Positions 51,892 through 64,000 of a DNA stretch of 64,000 nt are shown here, piece after piece (the first letter of the stretch is position 1; each line of letters opens with the position of its first letter). Both the position numbers and the translations under genes were made by a program. The DNA is from Rhizophagus irregularis (Eukaryota): NCBI RefSeq assembly GCF_026210795.1, contig NC_089430.1:1736001-1800000 (forward strand). Reading direction: 5' to 3'. The notes below the pieces were generated by a model. It had not been told where the DNA came from, made no database searches, and worked only from the letters and a program-made list of their open reading frames with translations.

Positions 51892-54228
51892 ATCGAAACC
51901 AATTGCTAATATACTGATATTTAGTTAACTAATGTCCAAATCTTAAATTTCACGAAAATTACCAAATACTACTGTAGCGTCAAATGCATACTGTTTTATT
52001 TACCATACGAATATTTAGTCCAAAGGAAATTTTAATTGGATATAAAGCATTATAGAGTATTGTAGATTATGTAATGCAATAGTAATTTCTGCATATAAAG
52101 GTATACTACCAATTGATTAAATAAATAATAGTTTGTAAGAGTGATGTAATACTATTTACAGTTTTGTAATAATCTATATTAATTTGCAGTTAGTTTAGAT
52201 GATATAATAGAATTTCATTATTTACTAATGTTCTAATACTAACTTATTAAGTTTAGTTTATAATTCAGTCCAAATCTTAATAATTAATTAATTTCTATAA
52301 TAAAATATTTATTGAGAATATAATTATTAACAAGTAATATTTTTAGACATTAAAATTACATTATAAATTGTAGATGTTGTAAATATGAATATAAATGAAT
52401 ATAAGAAATACGTTTGAAAGAGTTAGAATAATTTTTTTTTTAAAAAAAAATAAGTATAAAAAAGTCTGCGCCCGCGTAAAAGTTTCATTAACTATTGTCT
52501 ATTAATAAATTATTTATTTTTACTATTAATGTTAAATTATCAGAGCAAATTAATTATTGTCTGGAATATGAATGAATACCTATAGATTTTTAATGTTTAT
52601 CAAATTTTTTGTTATTGGTCAAAATTACAAAAAATATTAAAAATATGTGATAAAAAGGTTAATTATAATATTAAATACTTTTTTTTTTTTTTAAGAATAA
52701 AAACTCGATAGACTTAGTTTCCGCAGTAACCTAAAAAATAAATTATAAAGTAAAATTATCTAAAATTGAAGTATTCAATAAAATTAATTATTATAGACTT
52801 ACAGGAATCTTAAAATTTTAAATGATATCATTTTAATATTATTTTAACATTAATATAATTTTGCTATAATTCCGATATTCATGATTCAGTTCTTATTTAA
52901 AAAAAATTATCAAACAGACTCTATTAAAAAATTATTAAATGGATCCTATTAATCTATCAAATGTACCTTTCAAAAATTATTAAATTTGCAAGTATTGTGC
53001 GTAAAATTAATATGATATTAGTATCCTAACAACTTATACTGTGTGTCCTAAACAATTACAGTGTTATTTATTATTAATAAATTTCTCAGAATAATTTGAA
53101 AGTTTATTAATAAATTACACTATTTTTTATTTTTATTGTCATACAGTATAATAGGAATAGTTAAAATATTAATAAAGGTAATAAACTTACTCAGAAAAGG
53201 ACAAGCATATTCATTCACTTTTCGTTAAACTGTTATAAAAAGTAATTTATATAAAGTATATTTTAGTTCCGTTAAAGTATTTTTGTTAATATAAATGAGA
53301 AATATTTTTAATCAATAGTTTTTTAAAGCTTATTTAAAGTTAATTACAGCTTTAAAATTAATAGTATCATCGCTTTATTAAAACCTATTTAACTACAAGG
53401 ATTAATAAATTTAATATCTGATTAAAAAGTAAAGTATATAATTCAAATATGCATTATAAATAAATTGAAGTATCTGATACTAACTTTCATTTTATCACGT
53501 AATTATTATTTCAACAATATTAAAATTCCATGTTATTAGAAACAATATTTTATTTATGGATTACTACTACTAAGTTCCTTTTTATGTGAATTTGATCCTA
53601 TTGGATGAATTAAAAATTATTACTAGTAATATAAAAACGAATATTTTATTCCATATTTCAATATAATTATTACGAACAGATTATTAATTTTACATTTTGA
53701 ATAAATATAATATAGTTCATAGTTCATATAAGTTAAACGATAAAATCATTACAATTTAAAATATTATCTAATATTATTCCTATTTATACTCTTATTCTTC
53801 AACTTTGATTGATATATTTTTTTTTTGAAAAAATGCAATTTCCTAATTACTGAAAGGCAAAAAAAAAAAAAGAATCAACCTCTTTTTAAATTATAATTTA
53901 TAATAAAGTGTAAATTTGTAAACAAATTTTTTAATGTTAGTTAAAAATTTTAGAATCTAATGATAAATAAAAATACATAAATATAAATTTTATAATTTTT
54001 AGTAACCAATAAACTATCAAATAGAAATTAATAATTATTTATAGTTTGGTGCTAGATTTATACTTTGCCTTTTGATTTGATATACTGATTTAAAAAAAAT
54101 GAATAAATAAAAATAATTAATAGCTAGTAGTAATCGGTAATAAAAAAACAACTGTTATTATAAATATGACAAATGTTTATCATCTTTACTAATATTCACT
54201 TGAGAAATACCAAATTGCAAGGATTCTA

Positions 54229-56254
54229 CACTAGTCGAAAAAGGAATATTCGGCCTTAGTAAAATTTGGCCTATATTCGACTAAAATTAAAAATTCGACC
54301 TTAATTAGCAATGATCTATGATTAGACATTGGTCGAATAACTAACCATGTTGGTCGAATAGCCGCGTCACATGTTACGCGTATCAAAAGTTTAAAAAAGA
54401 ATCTTATGCATTCTTTTTTAAACTTTTATTTCTTCTTTTCCTCATCCTTTGGCTCTATAGGCGCGGAAAAAAACAAAAAAAAATAATTTTATTTTATTTT
54501 TTTTTAAATTTTAAATGTGGCCCTTTCCCTTTTCGTAGTAATTCTATGGGAATGCCGGTCGAAACTACGCACCGGACTTTGGATAATAAGGTAAATGGGA
54601 AGGGGAAGCCGTTTTTTTTACTTTAGAAACATTTTAACATCTTTTTCTTGCAGGTATTGCCAGACGAAATGAGCTTCGTGATAATAAAAAAACTAAGATT
54701 CGTAAGTAGAATCTTAGTAGTTTTTTTTAATATTATGGAACGGTTACTAACCGTTCTTGTATTACGAACGGTTACTAATAACCGTTCTTTTCTATTTTTT
54801 AGGTTTCGGGTGGGCTTCCGAAGAAGGAAAACCAAGAAACCAAGATTCGTAAGTAAGTACGAATCTTGGTTCTTTTTTTTGTTTTTTTAATATATGAACG
54901 GTTTACTAACCGTTCTTTTCTATTTTTTAGGTTTCGGGTGGGCTTCCGAAGAAGGAAAACCAAGAAACCAAAATTCGTAAGTACGAATCTTGGTTCTTTT
55001 TTTTGTTTTTTTTAGTATATGAATGGTTTATTAACCGTTTTTTTCTTTTTTTTATAGCTAGTTCGGGTGGGCTTCCAAAGAATGAAAACCCAAAGATTCG
55101 TAAGTACGAATCTTTAATTTTTTTTTATTTTTTATTATTACGAATGGTTTATTAACTATTCTTTCTTTTTTTTTATAGCTAGTTCAGGTGGGCTTCCGAA
55201 GAATGAAAACCCAAAGATTCGTACTACCCAAAGATTCGTAAGTACGAATCTTTAATTTTTTTTTATTTTTTATTATTACGAATGGTTTATTAACCATTCT
55301 TTCTTTTTTTTTATAGCTAGTTCGGGTGGGCTTCCGAAGAATGAAAATCCAAAGATTCGTAAGTATGATACGAATCTTTAATTTTTTATTATTTTTTATT
55401 ATTACGAATGGTTTACTAACCATTCTTTCTTATTTTTTTATAGCTAGTTCGGGTGGGCTTCCGAAGAACGGAAAAACCCAAAGATTTCACGTACGAATCT
55501 TATTTTTTTTTATTTTTTTTTTAATATTATGAACGGTTACTAATAACCATTCTTTCTTTTTTTTTAGGATCGGGTGGGCTTCTGACCTTTAGGAAAAGAG
55601 GAACCAAGATTCGTAAGTACGAATCTTGGTTTATTTTTTTTCAATTTTTTTTAATATTATTATGAACGGTTACTAATAACCGTTCTTTTCTTTTCTTTTT
55701 AGGTCTTGGGTGTCTCGGGTGTCTTCCAAAGAATGGAAAAAACCAAAGATTCGTAAGTAAGTACGAATCTTGGTTTTTTTTCTTATTTTTTTTAATATTA
55801 TGAACAGTTACTAACCGTTCTTCTCTTTTTTTTATAGGTTTGGGTGGATTGCCAAAGAACGATCAAAGATTCATATATACGAATACATGAATCATGTAAT
55901 TGTGGAATTGTATTTGAATTAGAAATACTTTTTGTAAATTAGATAGATGCAATAATAATAATATAATTATAAAGTATTTAGGCATTAATAAATACATTTA
56001 TTTAATAATAAATTTGATAAAAAAAATTGTAAATAAATGGGTTGTTATTAGACCATAATTTGGCTTAAAGTTTTAAGGTCGAATATTGGTCAATTTAAGC
56101 CTAAATAATGGTCGAATAATTAGTCCGAATTTGGGATGATTGGCACCCTAAATGCGCCCGAAAATTCGACCTCAATTTGACACATGTTAGACCATCATTC
56201 GACCTATATTCGACCTGGTCAAATTTAGGCCAAATTGTCCTTTTTTGACTAGTG
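54229..56254 (+). mobile_element. Non-autonomous CACTA (En/Spm)-type element, TSD CTA, carrying a micro-exon/intron array
   Basis: cta|cactagtcgaaaaagga ... tccttttttgactagtg|cta; TTCGACC subterminal repeats. Confidence 0.88.
54590..55875 (+). repeat. Tandem array of ~120-140-bp exon+intron units (~10 introns)
   Basis: Unit: ttttag|~40-48 nt (ttcgggtgggcttccgaagaa...aagattc)|gtaagt...ta(c/t)taac...polyT-ag. Confidence 0.85.
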
Positions 56255-56879
56255 CTATTTAATGGGTTAAATCTTAGAGCATTTACAATTATTTTGATTA
56301 TTGTCATTATAAAAAATACCTGAATATTTCACGCTAGGATTTTTTAGTTCTAAAAGATCGCCATTATTTTTCAATTAAGAAATGTAAACTTGCAGTAAAG
56401 AGACAAGATTCTATTTAATTATTATAATCTTATTAATACATTTTTTCAATTAATTTTATTAATAAATACCAAAAGATTTCATACCAATTATCTTATCATT
56501 TTTCTTCGTAATAATCATCAGAATTTCAGGCTCAGAAAAATTATTAAAATTGAGTAATCTGGCTTCATATGAAATATATAAAAAGCTTAGTTGATCTACT
56601 AGTTGAAAATGACCGCAGTTCGATAAGATATTATTGATTATTTCTAATTCGTTTCTCATTTTTGAATTATTATCGAAATAAATATTTATTAGAATCTTGT
56701 GATTTTCTAAACCATTTATTTAAAGTTTTTTAGTTACTTCTTGAGGTAATAAATTTCATTAATTTAAATATTCTTTTAATTCTTTATTTCTTTTTTTTAA
56801 CATCATATTAATATATATATATGTATATTTTGTAAGATCCAAAAATATATGCCAACCCAGTCATACCCTTGTAAGTTAA

Positions 56880-58550
56880 AAATATATGGAATGTTTTAAG
56901 ATCCAGATACAAAAAATTATATTTAAGATGAATATTGTTAAAAATGTGATAGAAGGTATATACATATGTAACATATAATTGGTGCCATCCATGCCAAAAG
57001 GATTACTTAGAAAATTTTACAAATTGGAACAGTGGAAATAAAGAGATTGACGATTTCATTCAATCCGTGCGATCAGAAATTATTAATATGAATATACCAA
57101 TATTTGAATGAATACCATATGATCAATTTAATAATGATAAATTGGTGAAAAAGCTATAGCAAATTTAGCAATATGGAATAATGTTCCATTACATTATAAT
57201 TTTCGCGGTAAAAAGAATTGATAAGAGGATTGGATAAGAAAGTTTGCTTAATAAACCGTTATGATATTATTAATATTATGAATTTTTAAGTGAGGTATAA
57301 ATAAATTTCCTGACTTTTTTTATCATGTTAACATGCTTATAATAATATATGTGTATTTTTTTTACTTTGTAAGGTTTTAATTTTCCATATAGCATGAAAT
57401 TGTACAAAATATCACAAGATCCATATATGAAAAGTTATATTTTAGTTTTTCAAGAGAAATATTGTGAAAATTATTGTAAAATATGTGGTGAGAAAACGTA
57501 CACAATATTATGTAATCCATGTTTAATAAATAATTTAAAAGAAATTTTACAAAATGGACCAGTGAAAATGAAAAAATCAGATAATTTCATAAAATTATCA
57601 TGATACAGCATTTGAATGGATACCATATAATCGATCAATTTAATGAAATTAAAAGAAAAGATGATTCTGCTATAACAATACGGAAGAATGACCCATTAAA
57701 ATTAAATATGGATAGTAAAAGAAAATCAGATAAAAAAGTGATTTTAAAATATTCTTATAGCTTATTACAAAGTATTACTAATGAGGTATGAAAATTGTTT
57801 TATAACAAATTTAATTTAAAGTATTTTTTTCTTTAAACAAACGTATTTTTTTTTTAAAAAAAAAAATAGGAATTTTATTCAACAGAGAATAGTTATGGAA
57901 CTTCTCAAGATCCTGATACAAAAGGTTATATTATAATTCTTCAAATTAAATATTATTGTAAATAATGTGAAAAAAAAAAATATTCAAACACAAACAAATG
58001 GTGTAATCAAATTATTTAATGAAAAATTTAATAATGAAATGAAAGTATTGATAATTTTATTAAAGAAATGAAATTAAAAATTGTTGATTGTAATGATGTA
58101 ATGCTTGAATGGTTACTATATGATCAATTTAAAGATATAATAAAAATATAAGGGTGGATTTGCTACAATATAAGTTCTAAGAGAGTTGCTTTAAAATGTG
58201 TTCATGAATCACAAAATGTGAAGAATGCTTTTTTTAATGAATCATTTAATTCAATTGATATAATTTAATTTTATTCTTTACTTTAGTAAAATAGTTTTTA
58301 TGGTTTAATAGGTTAAAATACATTTAAAATTGTACCAATTGTTACAGTCAAGTTATAATAATGTTAGATATATGGAATATCTCAAGATCCAAATATATTA
58401 TAGTTTTTGAATATGCAAGCGGTGGAAGTTTTATGATTGGGTATTAAGAAATAAAGGATTGTCTTGGAATAGTAAAACAATAATATTACCATCTATATTA
58501 GTGGCCTTAATGGTATTCATGGAAAATATATAAATTATATAATTCATTAA
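56880..58550 (+). pseudogene. Heavily decayed TKL kinase with repeated N-terminal modules
   Basis: Fragments WNSGNKEIDDFIQ, FE*IPYDQFNN, KISQDPY, GGFATI, RVALKC, RIYGISQDPN with many stops and frameshifts. Confidence 0.75.
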
Positions 58551-59042
58551 AGTTTTTTTTTTACGCAGAAGCAACAATAATTCAATGGTGTAATAATGAG
58601 AAGGTATGTCTAACCATTACTTTTTATTTTTTTCTATAAATAGTTAGCAACCCTCAGTTTATTTCCAAAAACAAGTGATTAAACTAACTTATCTTTAATG
58701 ATTCGTCTTACTATTGTTATTCATATATAAAAAAGGATATAAAAATATCGTGAAAATCGATTTTTCATGTGGCTGAAAAGATGATTTCGACCAACATTAA
58801 GATATTATTATTATTCCAGAAATTTATATTATATTTAATGAAATTAGCCATAACCGGCCATAACCGTGATTCTGACATTTGACTAACTGTTTGACAATTT
58901 TGGTAAGAATTCAGGCCAAATTATAATTCCGGCCAGAATTGTAATTTCTATTTTAGGAATAATGTTACACGATGATTTAAAAAGGAAATTTTAATGTGAG
59001 TTTCGGCAAATAATTAAATAATCGTTTTCAAAAGTTAGAATA

Positions 59043-59130
59043 GATACCTTATGATAGATTTATTAACCCTAGGTATATTTCAGAAGGTGGATTTGGTAAA
59101 GTATATAGAGCAACTTGGAAAGACGGACTG
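59043..59130 (+). pseudogene. Kinase fragment
   Basis: IPYDRFINPRYISEGGFGKVYRATWKDG, similar to the 28558(-) kinase; truncated. Confidence 0.7.
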
Positions 59131-60039
59131 CGTATGACTGCGTATGAAATTCAGTCCGGATCATAAACTGGATAAAACAAAGCACTACTGCGCACTACTG
59201 AGTGATGTTACAAAATCAATTAATTTAATTAATATTAATTAATTTGAAATTTGGGTATAATTTTTTTTATAAATCAGGTAACCTTATAAAAATTTTTTGA
59301 ATAAAAACTAGGAAAATGATCATTTATTAGAGTTTTTCCCAAAAATTTTTTATCTTTTGAATTATTGAATAACGCTAAAATTAAACTATAAAAATATTAA
59401 TTATGGTCTATAAATATGACAAAAAGCATTTTTATTATTACTTAAAGCTTAATATATCATATATTTATTTGTAAAAAATTGCTTTTAAGCGTATCTAATG
59501 CATTTTTTAACTATAAACGATAAATGCAAATCAAAAGAATATAATTATCAGTTTTATAGGCTTTGTATATGGATTAATACTTTGTTAGCATGTACTAATA
59601 TTTACATTTTATTAAATATTTATAGAATTCTTATTATTTTAGCACTATTCGGATAAAAATTATAAGAGATTCTAATATATCAACAAGGTAATAGAATATT
59701 TTATACTTGTATGTTATTGTACGGGTATGCTTAATAATGGTATGATGTTGCCGTTTCGCCACATCAGATCATTATTAATTAGATCTTTAAGCAGATCATA
59801 TTTTTATTTAGTTCTTTGTTTTTAATAAGCATTTAAATAAATAATTAATTATTAATTCTTCAATTATATAAATAGTTTTCGACTTTATTTGCTTTGGTTA
59901 TTATGTCAGAGTGAGCGCGTTATAAAATAAATAACGCATTGTCAATTGTCACGTAAACATATTTTTGCATTTTTTTTTGTGTTGTTGACATAGATCATAT
60001 TTATCGTAGGATAGAAAACAAGTATGCTGGTCAAAAGGT

Positions 60040-60262
60040 TGATAACTTTTCATCATATTTTATGATGATTTTTCATCATGTTTCATGATAACTTTTCATC
60101 ATGTTTCATGATGACTTTTCATCATGTTTTATGATAACTTTTCATCATGTTGACATGATGACTTTTCATCATGTTGATCATATTTTTCATCATATTTTAT
60201 GATGTTTTTCACCATGTGACATGAAATTTTTTCATCATGTGTTGAATAATCTTCATCATGTT
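60040..60262 (+). repeat. ~22-bp minisatellite (tttcatcatgtttcatgatgac)
   Basis: About ten degenerate copies. Confidence 0.88.
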
Positions 60263-60293
60263 TCCTAATATGAAATTAAAAATGTCTTGCCAA

Positions 60294-63200
60294 ACTACTG
60301 GTTTTTTGATGTTCAGATTTAGAAAATAAGAAATTTTTTTTTACAAACTTAGAAATTTACCGATTTTCTGGTATTTTGCCATTACACAAATATATATCAC
60401 ATAAAAAATTTTATCACACCAGTGACACCACATTAACAGTATATGAACAAAAGAAAAATAATTCAATAAAAACAATACATATACATAAATATAGGTTGTA
60501 AAATTTTTCGTATGGGAAGAGTTCGTATGGGATATCTTTGATAGAAAATATTTTTTTTGAGATTTTTTGAGTTCGTATGGAAAGAGTTCGTATGGGACTT
60601 TTTAATAAAGATTTTCTTTTTGTAGGATTCGTATGGGATATTTTTAATAAAAATTTTTTTTTTTTGAGATGTTCTAAGATTCGTATAGGATATTTTTGAT
60701 AAATAAAGATTTTTTTTTTAAGAATTCTATGGGATGATAGATAAGTTTTTTTTTTGAAAGATTCTAGGATATTTCTAATAAAAAAATTTTTTGAGATTTT
60801 CTAAGATTCATATAAAATATTTTTGATAATTTTTTTTTTGAGAGTTTTTTTGATAATTCCATCAGTAAATTTCGGAGGGGTCAATATTGTACATTAATGT
60901 GCAATAAGTTCAATATTGTTCAATATATTGCACAAAATTTTAAATTGCACAAATTTTATGCAATAATGAGCAAAATTTTTTGCAATTTATTGTAAAATAT
61001 TGTATATGTCATTTTTGCATAAAATTTGCACAAAATATTGCACATGTAATACACATAAGAGAAATATAGCCAATTAAAACTATTTATAACCACTGCGTTC
61101 CACTAGTCGATTTCGGTCATGTGACTTTCGGCTAAGTTTTGGCCAAAGTTAGGACTGTGCGAAATTTCGACCAAAATTTTGACACATGATATCTTTCCGA
61201 AGAATGATTATCACGTATATAATAGATAAGTGATAATCTTTAACAAATTAATTTTTAAATTTTTTTTTTATTTAAAACTCTTTCGAAGTTTCACAACGAA
61301 ACTTTAAAAAAATTATTTTTTATTTTATTTTTTTTCTTTAATTTATTTTTATTTAAAACTCTTTCGAAGTTTCACAACAAAACTAAATAAATTATTTTTT
61401 TTTTCTTTTCAAAGTTTCGTTGCGAAACTATAAAAAAATTATTTTTTATTTATTTTTTTCTTTTAATTTAATGTTTTTCAAAGTTTCGTTTCGAAACTAT
61501 TATTTATTTTTTATTAAATATTTTTCTTCTATTGTATAGATATTGGCTTCAATTCGGTAAGTTTCGAAAGCTTTGAAACTTAAGGTGGTTAAACGCTTCA
61601 AAACTTTTTTTTAAAAAAGTTTTTTTAAACTTTTAATAATTTTCTTTTTTTTTATTTTGTAAGTTTCGTCTTCTGATACTTGGTCTTTGTTAGGTGAGTT
61701 TCGAAGCTTTGCTTTCGCTTTGAAACTTTTAAAATATTTTTTTTTTAATTTCTTTCTTCTATTTTTAGGTTTTGGGTTTTGGATCATAGACTTTGGATGA
61801 GTAAATTTTGAAGTGTAAGCTTCAAAACTTTTATTATTCAATATAAATATACTTTTTTAATAATATTTTTTTTGTTTATTTGTAGGTATTGGCGTTCTTG
61901 GGCTCTTATAGGTGAATTTTGAAGTAAACACTTCGAAATTCTTTTTTTTTTTTAAATAATTTTTTTAAAAAAATTATATGTTGATTTTTTTTTGTTTTGT
62001 ATCAACTTCAGTTTTGGGCTTTGATAGATGGTTTTGAAGCAAAAGCTTCGAGTCTTTTTTTAAATTATTTTTTTTTTATTTAATTAATTTATTTTCTTTT
62101 ATTTGGTAGGTTTTGGCTTCAGTTCTTGGACTTTAGATAGGTAAGTTCATTTTGAACACACTTCAAAACTTTATTTTTTTAAAAAAAAAAATTTATTTTT
62201 TTTCTATTTTGTGGGTTTCAGCTTCTGTTCTTGAACGTTCGATAGGTAAGTTTCATTTCAAAACTTATTGTTTTTTTAAAAAAAATAAAAAAAAATAAAT
62301 TATTTTTTTAATTTTTTTCTTTAATTTACAGGGTTTCAGCTTCCTGGAATATGGGGTAAGTGTGTGGAGGTCAGTTTGTTTAATGTTTACTTTGAAGAAA
62401 TGTACTAACATTTCATTATTTTGTAGAAAGTGAACCTTCCAAAGTATACTAATGCCTACTACCTATTAAAATATTATCCTAGATGCAATATTTCGGTATG
62501 GTTTTTTATTTTTTTTTATTCTTTTAATATTTTTTATCTTCACAAACAGCTTCTAACGATTCTTTTTTACATTATTCAGTCTCCTTGGATGTGACAATTC
62601 GGTAAATTTCAACTTTTTATTCCTTTAATTGTTATTACATGCGCGTTTCAATTTTGCTAATTTTCCTTGAATTTTTTATATTTACGGTTGGTATTATTTT
62701 GATTTTACTCTTTGGATTTTTTATATTTGCGGTTGGTACTATTTTATTTGATTTCGTTTATTGATTTCGGTTAATTTCAATTTACTAACAATTTTACTTG
62801 GTTATTTTTTATATTTTCGCGCGTTTCGATTTTACTATTCTTGGAATTTTTATATTTATGGTTGGGTTTAGATTTTGTCAATTTGCTTAGCGTTAGTGTT
62901 AGATTTTAGCCTTAGATTTTAGCGTTAGCTTGTATTTTTAGGTTAGAATACAAATTATGCAATAAAGTAATATCAAATTTGCGCAATTTATAAAGTTATG
63001 TTATTAAAGTTGCAAATATTGCACATTTCAATAAAGTTACAATATATTATATAAAAATGTGCAAATTTTTGAACAATTAATTACACATTACTAAATATAC
63101 AATCATTGTGCATTTTCAGGGTGCGCAAATCAATTTTTTTTATGCACAAAATTTTGCACAATTTTGCAACCTTTTTGTGCATTTACTGCGCATAAAAAAT

Positions 63201-64000
63201 TTCCTGATGTCATCAATAGCTGCGAGAACGTTAATGTATACTAATTCAATAAAAAAAAAGTTTCGCAATGTTTTTTTGATAATTCATCAAATAATGCCGT
63301 GAGAATGTTTTTAATGTATAATTCAATAAAAAAAACGTTGCGAACCATTTTTTTATTGAATTATATTAAAAAACGTTTTTGCTATGCTTTTAATGAATTA
63401 TTGAAAAAAACATTGTGAACTTTTTTTTTATTGAATTATATATTAAAAAACGTTCTCGCAACGTTATTTGATGAATTATCAAATTAAAAACAATCTCAAA
63501 AAAAAATCTTTATTAAAAATATCCTATATGAATCTTAGAAAATCTCAAAAAAAAAAAATTTTTATTTAAAATATCCCATACAAACCCTAGAATCTCTCAA
63601 AAAAATGCTTTTCTGTCAAAGACATCTTCCCATATGAACTCTAAGAAAATCTCAAAAAAAAAATCTTTATCAAAAATATCCTATATGAATCTTAGAAAAT
63701 CTCAAAAAAAAAATTTTTATTAAAAATATCCCATATGAACCCTACAAAAAGAAAATCTTTATTAAGATATCCCATACGAACTCTTCCCATACGAAAAATT
63801 TTACAACCTATATTTATGTATATGTATTGTTTTTATTGAATTATTTTTCTTTTGTTCATATACTGTTAACGTGATGTGATAAAATTTTTTATGTGATATA
63901 TATTTGTGTAATGGCAAAATACCAGAAAATCGGTAAATTTCTAAGTTTGTAAAAAAAAAATTTCTTATTTTCTAAATCTGAACATCAAAAAACCAGTAGT
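60294..64000. mobile_element. Foldback-type element with long inverted arms (60294-~60850 versus ~63490-64000), extending beyond the window
   Basis: actactggttttttgatgttcagatttagaaaataag at 60294 is the reverse complement of the last bases of the window; ttcgtatggga repeats in both arms. Confidence 0.8.
60860..63209 (+). mobile_element. Nested TIR element (CATCAG(T/G)AAATTT ends, possible 2-bp TSD TC) with internal micro-exon array
   Basis: tc|catcagtaaattt ... aaatttcctgatg|tc; TGCACAA subterminal repeats; removal restores gataattcatcaa, a motif repeated at ~63278. Confidence 0.65.

Noticed and set aside
54590..55875. CRISPR-like repeat-spacer array
   Set aside because: Eukaryotic context, no cas genes, and the 'spacers' are homologous T-rich intron-like tracts
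61101..61200. Second CACTA end (cactagtcga...)
   Set aside because: No partner GACTAGTG terminus or TSD found downstream in the window

Overview
Very AT-rich, intron-containing eukaryotic DNA. The gene content (expanded TKL-type kinases with 'WTSGN..ID..IQ' N-termini, a BTB-BACK-TLDc remnant, dense DNA transposons) is typical of an arbuscular mycorrhizal fungus such as Rhizophagus; this is inference. The window holds three apparently intact multi-exon TKL kinases, one frameshifted kinase paralogue, decayed kinase, BTB and MULE relics, an apparently intact 6.1 kb hAT transposon, more than a dozen non-autonomous TIR elements, an RT-less retroposon with four nested insertions, satellites and two large foldbacks. 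Two things stand out. (1) A spliced minus-strand gene at 18899-19268, not shown in this frame by the ORF track, encodes a signal peptide plus six KR-DA-(EA/VP)-EA-YGY units. This is an alpha-factor-like Kex2/Ste13/Kex1 precursor predicted to release the tripeptide Tyr-Gly-Tyr, and it has two decayed paralogues sharing its promoter. (2) Three different DNA transposons carry tandem micro-exon/intron arrays whose splice donors and branch points sit in hairpins. All calls were read by eye; no searches were run.
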